The position numbers were made by a program, and so were the translations under genes. Under the pieces are notes generated by a model, which worked only from the letters and a program-made list of their open reading frames with translations, ran no database searches and was not told the origin of the DNA. Source: Candidatus Micrarchaeota archaeon (GTDB lineage: Archaea > Micrarchaeota > Micrarchaeia > Anstonellales > Bilamarchaeaceae). From it: a stretch of DNA of 64,000 nucleotides. The stretch's first letter is position 1; each line of letters starts with the position of its first letter. Of the stretch, positions 56,335-64,000 are shown piece after piece. The stretch is taken from assembly GCA_043812915.1 (NCBI GenBank), contig JBDRLQ010000003.1:1-64000 (forward strand), given 5' to 3'.

Positions 56335-57557
56335 ACCAGCCTCTGTATCCCCGCCATGTACCATTCGCCGCCAAGAGCCGTGGAGATGCTTTTCGCACCG
56401 GTGTAAGTCAGTATCGATACCAAAACGAATTCAATGTAAAGCAGGAGGACAAGGTTGTTCACCTGGGTGAGGAATGGGTACACCGTGTTGAACACCGTCT
56501 CCGCCCAATCGCCCCCCATGCCGTTGTCAAGGCCCGTCTCTGCCCAGATTAGCCAGATTGCCAGTATTACCGCGTGCACTATGTAGAATATGTTGGATAT
56601 CAGCGGGTATATCGTGTACTGCACCAGTGTCAGGCACGCTGGATATGCAGCGGCTCCGACTCCGGTGAGCAGGATGGGCAGGCAGATCACTGCCGCGAAC
56701 CCGAGGTCAGTGAGCCCGAATATCGTCTTCATGGTCTCGCTGCCGCAGAAGGGCTCTGCTATGAACATCGCCCATGGCTTGGCGTCAAGGTTGTCCATGT
56801 CCCTTCCGCCTATGCTGGCTTCAGGGTAATCGATAACGCTCTCGTTGATTTCCCCCATCATTATTATCGAGAATGGCAGCAGCACCATCGCGGCAATCGA
56901 AATAGCTATTAGCGTGTTGCCGATTTTTCTTGTGAATGGGATTAGCCGCATGCAGAATGAGAACGGGAGCAGGATTGAGGGGGATACCACCGCGAGGAAT
57001 TTGAGCACCAGAAGCAATCCCTCATAAATGAAGATTACGTTCGTTAGCGCGTGCGCCGCCATCCCAAGGCTGCTTATTATCGGGGTTATCCCGGCATATG
57101 GCGAAGTGGTGTAAGCGAGCGTGACCACCCACAGCGGAATGGACAAAGTCGGCATGTAGCTTGCGCCTGCCTTCACTTTGGTTGCCGCGCGTATGACGTC
57201 CTTGTAGGCACGGTCCACACCGATGCTTCCATCGGTCAGCGTGTTCTCGATTGTATTGATAGCGACGCCCATGTAGTCGGATTCGCCTGTTAGCGCGATG
57301 CTCACGGTGTTGGAGGTTATGAACACGCCCATTATGATTGCGATGAGGAAAATCCCACCAATAAGCTCGCGCAGCTCGGTCTTGAACCATGCCATGAGCC
57401 TTGGGTTCGAGAGGGATGTTGCTGCCATCTGAACCGCGCCAAGGAGTATGCCAACGATAATTGCGACCGCAGGAACAACCGGCATGAAGTCAATGTATTG
57501 GGCGAAGGCAGCATTGCAAATAAGCAATAGAATTATCAGTAGCTTTCCTCGCAACAT
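56331..57557 (-). CDS. Polytopic membrane protein, CedA/VirB6-like paralog 1
   Basis: Signal peptide, NPRLMAWFKTELREL, LPFSFCMRLIPFTRKIGNTLIAISIAAMVLLP and LGGEWYMAGIQRLV. Confidence 0.7.
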   Translation of the reverse strand: MLRGKLLIILLLICNAAFAQYIDFMPVVPAVAIIVGILLGAVQMAATSLSNPRLMAWFKTELRELIGGIFLIAIIMGVFITSNTVSIALTGESDYMGVAINTIENTLTDGSIGVDRAYKDVIRAATKVKAGASYMPTLSIPLWVVTLAYTTSPYAGITPIISSLGMAAHALTNVIFIYEGLLLVLKFLAVVSPSILLPFSFCMRLIPFTRKIGNTLIAISIAAMVLLPFSIIMMGEINESVIDYPEASIGGRDMDNLDAKPWAMFIAEPFCGSETMKTIFGLTDLGFAAVICLPILLTGVGAAAYPACLTLVQYTIYPLISNIFYIVHAVILAIWLIWAETGLDNGMGGDWAETVFNTVYPFLTQVNNLVLLLYIEFVLVSILTYTGAKSISTALGGEWYMAGIQRLV

Positions 57558-57567
57558 GGATAGATTT

Positions 57568-57587
57568 CTTAGCTAAGCATTTAAATG
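57568..57587. promoter_or_regulatory. Bidirectional TATA-type promoter with an adjacent palindrome
   Basis: CTTAGCTAAG (57568-57577) and CATTTAAATG (57578-57587). The TTTAAA centre is about 25 nt from both divergent ATGs (57557, 57607). Confidence 0.65.
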
Positions 57588-57606
57588 TTACTTCCCAGAT
57601 AGTTGC

Positions 57607-60600
57607 ATGCGAGCACGGGTATCCCTACTCTTTATTATCATCCTTGTGACTTCCCTTTTCATTGTCTCATTCGCAGCTCCGCTTGCCGAGATTCTTGACC
57701 TTAAGTATGAGAAGACCTCAATCACCCTGGGCGTCAGCCGCCTTATCCCGTTTCTTGGGGAGGAGTGCGTCGTTTGCGAAGTTTTTGCGAACGCGCCGAA
57801 TACCGGCCTCCTTGTCTTTATGGACGAGACATTTTACACGGTTGACATGACTGTCTATTATGAGAACGAGTCTGAATCCCCCCCCAGGCAGCCGGTTACC
57901 GACGCCATGATGATAGTATATATGTACAATGATACCGGCATCGACAACGGGCTCTGGAAGGTCTATACTGACGGCAGCGGCCAGGCGGCATTCGATTTCT
58001 CTGCCTGGGCCGGAGGGGAGGCCACTTTCAAGATTCTATACTGCCCGTTCTGCTGCCCCGGCGATGGCGCGGATGAATGGTGCGGCTGGGATGAATGCCT
58101 CCAGATGGCTGAGATTCCCGGGCCGGCAACCCCCTCAATGGTTCCGATGCCGGCAGGGGAGAGCGCTCCGGCAGATTTGAACTGCAACGCTTATAAGCCC
58201 TCTTTGCAGGTGCTCGAGTACACCCCGCCGCCGACGGAGCCGACTGCGGGCGTTCCTGCTCTATGCTCAATCGGGCTGCTTATCTTCTCGCTTCTTGGAG
58301 GCGCGCTCTATCTTTCCGGAAGCAATCCCTTTGGGGGATTCAACATCGGGGCACCAAGGATGGGAAGGCATATCCGCTACCAGGCAAGGAGCCGTGGCTG
58401 GGCCCTTGATACTACCGCCCTGGCATCGAGCGTTAGGACGGCCGTCAACCAGGGAAAGCAAATCAAGAAGATGAGGTCTGCGCGCAAGGACAAGGACGGC
58501 AAGGTGATTGCGAAGGGGATGTCCGGGTGGGCGACCTTCAAGGCGATGGCAAAGCAGGGCAGCCCGTTTGCAAGGTGGCGCAGGGTCCGCAACGCGGCGA
58601 AAGGCCTCACTCCTGGTGGAGGCGCACAGACTGAAGTTGTGGATGGGCAGGTCAGGATTACTGGCGGCGGAAGCGGGAGTGGTGGAAAATCTGTCCGGGA
58701 AATCATGGGAAAGCAGTACCGCGAATCAAGGGCATACCTCCGCGGCGGGCAGATCCCCGGCGGCGAAACCCGGACGATGGACCGCAGGGAACGCGGTAGG
58801 GCATATGGTATCTTTCTAGCGAAATCCCTGGGCCAGCTGGCCCTCGGGCTCATAGACAGAAGCACGATAGGCTACATTCTTGGTCTCAACCTGGAGCAGA
58901 GGATGATGGAGGCCCTGTCAGAAACCGAGCGCGAATCACGGGCTGTCGCAATCGCTGCCTACGAGCATGTCCTTGAACTTCTTGGCGATGGGGATGAGAA
59001 TGAGATCGTCGTTCGCGGGAATACGGTTACGGTTGAGGGCGTTGGCGAGTGCACCGCGATAGAGACCACAATAACCATCCCGGGCCAGGCCAACCCCACC
59101 ACAGTGCGCATTCTTGTGCGGGCAGGGGATGAGGCTGCGATTAGGCAGGCCCTTGCAACCGGGAATGTGGCGAACCTAAGCTGCATGCTGGAAGTCAGAG
59201 GAGAGGGAAACCAGCTGACAAGATATGATTTGAGGGAAGGAAGCCTTCATGAGATTCACCAGGTATATACCCACACTGATGCGCGGGGCCAGACCCACGA
59301 GACCGTTGTCATTCTATCTCCATCCTCGCAAGATGGCCGGGGCACCCTATCGGTTGCAGGGGCCATTGTTGATGGGGAAAGGTATACGGCCGTTGCCGGA
59401 GAAGGCGACCATGTCAACTTCTTCAGGAGGGAAGCTGATGGAGAGCTTGCCGCGAGCCCATCATTCAACGCAGGAACTACGATGGTCGATGGGCGGCGTG
59501 TTGGTGCAGTTTCAATGCTTGAAGGCGGGGCAGCAGATGCAATTCGCCAAGGGATTGCCTTGAGTGGCACCACCATGGAGGATGCAGGGTTCATCTCTTT
59601 CCAGGACAGGGGGGGTGGTGACACTGCCGTTACCGAAAGGCTCCGCGCCGTGCTTGACAGCAATACCTCAATGGTAACTGAACAGTACAATGACCAGCTC
59701 GGCCAGATAGAGACCGAGCGCAGGGGCCTTTTCTATGAAGGTCTTGCCGGCGATGATCTTACTGTGCGCGTAGCCGACAGCTCGGCCGCGGCAGGCGGGG
59801 AGCCCCGCGAGCGCGCACTCGCAAACGGGACCGAGATCCGCATTTCTGACGGGAACATAACCCGCGTGACCGGTGCCGATGGCCAGGCCATTGCAGGCGT
59901 AAGCGTTGACGGCGGCCGGATAACGGGCCTTACCACTCCGGATGGAGAGCAGTTAAGGATCAATGTTGCCGGCGACACCCTGCTTAGGCGGGATGCGGCG
60001 GTTCTTGGGGCGGTGCAGGACCTTATCCAGGCTGTCGGCCACTATGACCAGGTTATGCAGGAAGGACGCGTTGAGCGCGGGATGGAGCAGCAATACCATC
60101 CTGACCAGGTTGGCGCTGTCACAGGATATGCCGAGGCTAGGGCAGGCGCTCCTGCTTCGGCGGTTCCAGAGCCCGGGAAAGGAGAGCGCCAGAGCGCTGA
60201 CCAGAGGGTGGTTGCAGAGCGCACAAGAGAGGTGCTCGCCGAGACTCCACATACTGATGCCGGAACGCCTGACCAGGCCAAGGATGCGCAGGTGCGTGCG
60301 CTTGCCAGGACCGAGCCGGCCCTTGCCAATCTTGCCCGGCTGGAAGCCGCAGCGGTGACTCTTAGGATCAATCCAGATGAGCTTACGCCGGAGCGCCTCG
60401 TTGATGCGGTCGGGAGCCTTGATGAGCACACTCCCCAGGATGCAAGGCGCGCCTTTGATGCGCGGGTCGCCAGCGTCGCGCAGGAGCGCGGAATTTCTCC
60501 AGAAAGGGCCAGGACGGAAGTATTGGCCGAATATCAGGACAGGCTCATCCAATCACAGGAAGGCCACCCTCTTTTCAATATGGTGTATGAAGAGCGCGCG

Positions 60601-62307
60601 GTATCCATGGCATCCGATATACCTCCGGAGCGGAGGATCGCGTACTTCGAGGCTGTCGGAGCGGAGGAGCGGCGCACTGCCGGCGAGGCGTATACTGACA
60701 CTGCTACCCGGCTTTTCAGGAGGGCGGAAGCTGAAAGCCCGCTTTCCCAGTTCGGTCTTCGGATTGCTGACATGAGCGCCGATGATGCGCGCGCAGGGCT
60801 TGCTGCGCTTGGGCTTGAGCGCAGGGAAGTGAGGTCTATAATGCGTGATTTCTCTGATGTGCAGGAATCGGCACGGCAGTACAGGAGTGCTGCCTCGGAT
60901 GCTGCTGCCAGGGCCACCACTGTGGCCGACCAGGCCACTTCGGCAAGAGGTGCTTTGCTAACTTTCGTGCCAACTTATGAACAGTTAACTACTGTGATTC
61001 CAAGAGAGAAAGATGAGACTGCTGAAGCCTATCGCGGAAGGGTGGAGGATTTCAGGCGCGACACTGCCGGTCAAATGGCAACTGCCCTTGAGCACGACCG
61101 GCGCACAGACACTGCCGCTGAACTGGCCACGGATGATGGCAGGCGGGCTGCCCTTGCAGTATGTAACCGCGTCTTGGTTGGTTCGCTTGATGCCGCTGCT
61201 GAAGAGCATGGCGGGCGGGTTGAGGGCTACCAGCGGCAGAGGTTCTATGCGCAGGAGGACGCGCTATTCGACCGGATGATTGCTTCAGCCCGCTCATATC
61301 TTACAGAAGGGCGCATGGGCGTTGAGACCTACGAGCGCACTCCTGATGGAAGGGTAGAGTCCACATGGCAGGAGGGCAACATTGTTTCTGATTACACGGC
61401 GTTCATTGCGACAACCCAGATTGATGCGGCTGCAAGGGAACCGATTCCAGGAAGGGTTGAGAAAGGCGCCCGCGTCCCCCGGGATGAAGGGCGGACGGAG
61501 ATGCCCAACAGCATATTTTCAACCGCTACTGATGCCATTACGCAATACCTTTCAGGCAATCCTTCTGGAAGGGACACCCCGCCTCCGGCAGCAAAAGGCG
61601 AGCCTGCAAGGGAGGTGACCCATGCGGAGCAGGAGGGTGCCATCCATCTTTTCAGGGATGCTGCGGTCCGCGCTGATCAATATGTAGCCAGCCAGGGCTG
61701 GGGCGCAAGAAGGGATGCTGCCAGGGACCAGGAGCGCAGGGAAGCAGAGGTGGCATCTACTCTTGAAGCCACAAAGGGAATTGGCATTGACTATATTCCC
61801 CAAGGTGATTATCCTGCCCCGACAGAGCCAAGGACTGCTGCCGAGAAACGCAATGCCGCTGCCGCAAGGCGGGCAACTGATGAATCTGCTAGCGTGATGG
61901 CTGACCTGCGTTCCGATTCTGATGCGAGGAGGACTGCTGAAGTGGTTGGCCAGGCGCCCGAGCCTGAGAAAACACCTGCAAGGGCAAGGAGGCCTGAGCC
62001 TGAGAAGCACCCCGAGGACATGACAATTGATGAGCGGCGCGAGGCGAGGATGATTCGCGAGGAGCAGCAGGCCGAATGGGCGCGCGCAAGGGACCAGAGG
62101 CGCGCCGAGCTCGAGGAAGAGCGGAGGAGGCAGGCTGTCGAGAAGCAGGCCGTTGCGAGGGCGCCGCCTGTCAAGAGCCCGCCGCCAGCAGCAACGTCCG
62201 AGCCAACTCCTGAGGCAACCACAGAAAAGAGGGCAGAGGCTCCAAGGCCGAAGGAGAAGCGCCGCCGCAGAAGGGGCACTGACGACGATGACGATTCGGA
62301 GGCCTGA
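57607..62307 (+). CDS. Giant (1566 aa) single-pass membrane protein of unknown function
   Basis: Signal peptide, ~200-aa acidic Cys-containing ectodomain, TM around aa 218-237, basic juxtamembrane region, beta-rich middle, long A/R/E-rich helical region and disordered charged tail. Confidence 0.85.
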   Translation: MRARVSLLFIIILVTSLFIVSFAAPLAEILDLKYEKTSITLGVSRLIPFLGEECVVCEVFANAPNTGLLVFMDETFYTVDMTVYYENESESPPRQPVTDAMMIVYMYNDTGIDNGLWKVYTDGSGQAAFDFSAWAGGEATFKILYCPFCCPGDGADEWCGWDECLQMAEIPGPATPSMVPMPAGESAPADLNCNAYKPSLQVLEYTPPPTEPTAGVPALCSIGLLIFSLLGGALYLSGSNPFGGFNIGAPRMGRHIRYQARSRGWALDTTALASSVRTAVNQGKQIKKMRSARKDKDGKVIAKGMSGWATFKAMAKQGSPFARWRRVRNAAKGLTPGGGAQTEVVDGQVRITGGGSGSGGKSVREIMGKQYRESRAYLRGGQIPGGETRTMDRRERGRAYGIFLAKSLGQLALGLIDRSTIGYILGLNLEQRMMEALSETERESRAVAIAAYEHVLELLGDGDENEIVVRGNTVTVEGVGECTAIETTITIPGQANPTTVRILVRAGDEAAIRQALATGNVANLSCMLEVRGEGNQLTRYDLREGSLHEIHQVYTHTDARGQTHETVVILSPSSQDGRGTLSVAGAIVDGERYTAVAGEGDHVNFFRREADGELAASPSFNAGTTMVDGRRVGAVSMLEGGAADAIRQGIALSGTTMEDAGFISFQDRGGGDTAVTERLRAVLDSNTSMVTEQYNDQLGQIETERRGLFYEGLAGDDLTVRVADSSAAAGGEPRERALANGTEIRISDGNITRVTGADGQAIAGVSVDGGRITGLTTPDGEQLRINVAGDTLLRRDAAVLGAVQDLIQAVGHYDQVMQEGRVERGMEQQYHPDQVGAVTGYAEARAGAPASAVPEPGKGERQSADQRVVAERTREVLAETPHTDAGTPDQAKDAQVRALARTEPALANLARLEAAAVTLRINPDELTPERLVDAVGSLDEHTPQDARRAFDARVASVAQERGISPERARTEVLAEYQDRLIQSQEGHPLFNMVYEERAVSMASDIPPERRIAYFEAVGAEERRTAGEAYTDTATRLFRRAEAESPLSQFGLRIADMSADDARAGLAALGLERREVRSIMRDFSDVQESARQYRSAASDAAARATTVADQATSARGALLTFVPTYEQLTTVIPREKDETAEAYRGRVEDFRRDTAGQMATALEHDRRTDTAAELATDDGRRAALAVCNRVLVGSLDAAAEEHGGRVEGYQRQRFYAQEDALFDRMIASARSYLTEGRMGVETYERTPDGRVESTWQEGNIVSDYTAFIATTQIDAAAREPIPGRVEKGARVPRDEGRTEMPNSIFSTATDAITQYLSGNPSGRDTPPPAAKGEPAREVTHAEQEGAIHLFRDAAVRADQYVASQGWGARRDAARDQERREAEVASTLEATKGIGIDYIPQGDYPAPTEPRTAAEKRNAAAARRATDESASVMADLRSDSDARRTAEVVGQAPEPEKTPARARRPEPEKHPEDMTIDERREARMIREEQQAEWARARDQRRAELEEERRRQAVEKQAVARAPPVKSPPPAATSEPTPEATTEKRAEAPRPKEKRRRRRGTDDDDDSEA

Positions 62308-62313
62308 TAGCGA

Positions 62314-62646
62314 ATGTCCAAATCCTGGGTGGAGGTCCTCAAATCAAAGCCGGTTCGAAGGCTGAAGAACCTGCTCACAATCGGCAATCTGTGGCTTTAC
62401 ATTTTGTCGCTTATCCGGAGCAAGGGCAAGGTGTATGCCTATGCGCTCGATGAGCAGATTGAGGAGGAATTTTTCTTCAGGCCCGGAAAGCCGATGATTT
62501 ACCTTGTTTTATACAAGCTCGAATCAGAGAAGCTGATAAAATCCGAATATGAGGAGCGCAGGAAATATTATGCCATAACGAATAAGGGCGAGGAGGCCCT
62601 GGAGACAGCAAAGGATTATTTCAGCGTGCTATCAAAGAAACTGTAG
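62314..62646 (+). CDS. PadR-family transcriptional regulator
   Basis: LYILSLI, YAY.L, IYLVLYKLESEKLI and RKYYAITNKGEEAL. Confidence 0.9.
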   Translation: MSKSWVEVLKSKPVRRLKNLLTIGNLWLYILSLIRSKGKVYAYALDEQIEEEFFFRPGKPMIYLVLYKLESEKLIKSEYEERRKYYAITNKGEEALETAKDYFSVLSKKL

Positions 62647-62656
62647 GTGCATTTTT

Positions 62657-63196
62657 ATGAGGATTATCATTACCGGGGGGCCTGGGACCGGAAAGAGCGA
62701 AATCGCAAGGCTCCTTGCCAAGCAGCTTGACTATCCGCTGATAGACATCAAGAGGATTGTGAACGAGCGCGGGATGTTCGAGAGCAGGGAGAATACCAAG
62801 ATTGTTGATACCTCCCGCCTGAAGCGCACCCTTGACTCCATGCTCAAAACGAAGGAATGGTATGTTCTCGAGGGGCACCTTGCCTGCGAGGTGAAGCTGC
62901 CTGCCGATTACGTGTTCGTACTTCGCACCCATCCCCATGTGCTTGCGGATAGGCTCGCAAAGAGGAGGTATCCGAAGAAGAAGCGGGAGGAGAACCTGCT
63001 CGCTGAGATGCTTGACTACTGCACACAGAGGGTGCAGAATGTATACGGGATTGAGCCGCTGGAGCTTGATACTTCGGAGCGGAGCGCGGAAGGGAGCATG
63101 CACGAGCTGCTAAAAGCCCTGAGGAAAAAGAAGAAAAAGCTTGACGTAGTAGACTATTCCAGTGAACTTAAGGATTTCCTGAGGCTGAAACGATGA
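62657..63196 (+). CDS. Adenylate kinase, AK6/Fap7-like
   Basis: ITGGPGTGKS, LEGHLA and VLRT.P..L..RL.KR.Y...K..EN..AE. Confidence 0.9.
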   Translation: MRIIITGGPGTGKSEIARLLAKQLDYPLIDIKRIVNERGMFESRENTKIVDTSRLKRTLDSMLKTKEWYVLEGHLACEVKLPADYVFVLRTHPHVLADRLAKRRYPKKKREENLLAEMLDYCTQRVQNVYGIEPLELDTSERSAEGSMHELLKALRKKKKKLDVVDYSSELKDFLRLKR

Positions 63197-63747
63197 CTAG
63201 CGAGAAGAGACTGATAGAAGCCGCGCTGTTTATAAGCGCGAGGCCGATGAAGCTTGAGGAGCTGCGCACCCTGACCGGAATCGGCGCACTTGGTTACCTG
63301 AGGAAGACTTTGGAGAAGCTCAGGGACGACTATGCCCAGATGGAGAGCGCGATAGAGATTATCGAGATGGACGGCAGGTATGAGATGCGCGTCCGCTCTG
63401 AATATACCGGCCAGGTCAGGCAGTTTGCGCAGGATGCTGAAATCAGCAAGGCGGCCCTCCGGACCCTCGCATACATCGCCAAGAATGATGGCGTTCTCAA
63501 ATCCTTATTGGCAAAGAAAATCGGCTCTTCCGTATATCAGGATGTCAAAGAACTGGCTGAAGCCGGATTCGTCAAGCCAAAGAAGGCCGGCAGGAGCTCC
63601 AAGCTTTTCCTGACCGAGAAGTTCAAGAGATATTTCGAAATGAAGAAGGGAGCGCCCACTTCAGTTCCAGTTTCGCTGGATGATGGGCCGCTGGAAGTTA
63701 CTGAGCCGGAGCCTGAAGATTCGGAAGGGGCGCCACCTGAAGAATAG
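63193..63747 (+). CDS. scpB: SMC-Scp complex subunit ScpB
   Basis: IEAALFIS.RP, ISKAALRTLAYIA, V.EL...GFV and GRS..L.LT.KF..YF. Confidence 0.93.
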   Translation: MTSEKRLIEAALFISARPMKLEELRTLTGIGALGYLRKTLEKLRDDYAQMESAIEIIEMDGRYEMRVRSEYTGQVRQFAQDAEISKAALRTLAYIAKNDGVLKSLLAKKIGSSVYQDVKELAEAGFVKPKKAGRSSKLFLTEKFKRYFEMKKGAPTSVPVSLDDGPLEVTEPEPEDSEGAPPEE

Positions 63748-63812
63748 GCCGAACCGTGCCGGCAACCTCATTTTTCATCTGCCCCTGGCGCTCTTGTTTT
63801 TTTTAAAAAAGA

Positions 63813-63894
63813 CGCCGAGAGCAGGATTTGAACCTGCAATCCCGGAGGGACCGGTTTTCAAGACCGGCGCACTACCAGATTATGCGATCTCGGC
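63813..63894 (-). tRNA. tRNA-Ser(TGA), intronless
   Basis: GCCGAGA/TCTCGGC with G73, anticodon arm CCGGT-CT-TGA-AA-ACCGG, variable arm TCCCTCCGGGA and GCAGG-TTCAAAT-CCTGC. Confidence 0.96.
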
Positions 63895-64000
63895 AAAAGA
63901 AAGCGTATCTCTAACTGCGCGAACTTTTTTTATTCCCTTCGCTCGAGCGCACTCCTGGATATATGCGCCCCTCCCCGGTTAATGTAAAGTTTTATATACT

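Noticed and set aside
50069..57557. Integrated conjugative element or provirus
   Set aside because: No integrase, relaxase, capsid or att sites seen; composition matches the flanks.
387..63894. Two similar tRNA-Ser genes at the window ends as att sites of a 63-kb element
   Set aside because: Both are complete isoacceptors with different anticodons, and the interval is full of core genes.

Overview
Gene-dense archaeal chromosomal window. Archaeal TIM, uL16/L10e, Cdc48, Bud32, Pop5, Elp3, tRNA endonuclease, BHB-type tRNA introns, GGTGA ribosome-binding sites and a 7S-type SRP RNA point to archaea. The compact layout and gene set suggest a DPANN (Micrarchaeota-like) organism; this is inference, not a database result. 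Contents: four tRNAs (two with introns), SRP RNA, housekeeping genes, an AT-rich insert after tRNA-Leu (AAA ATPase plus a six-repeat protein), a kbl/tdh pair, an oxidative-stress cluster and several surface proteases and lipoproteins. The standout locus is about 44.7-62.6 kb. Six translationally coupled paralogous polytopic membrane proteins share motifs resembling CedA/TedA/VirB6 channel proteins, and one carries a large Cys-rich insert. They are followed by a 1325-aa Cys-rich lipoprotein with an apparently inactivated glycosidase-like barrel. A palindromic bidirectional promoter separates them from a divergent 1566-aa single-pass membrane protein and a PadR regulator. This is a candidate undescribed cell-contact or translocation apparatus. 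All calls come from motif recognition by eye; no searches were run.
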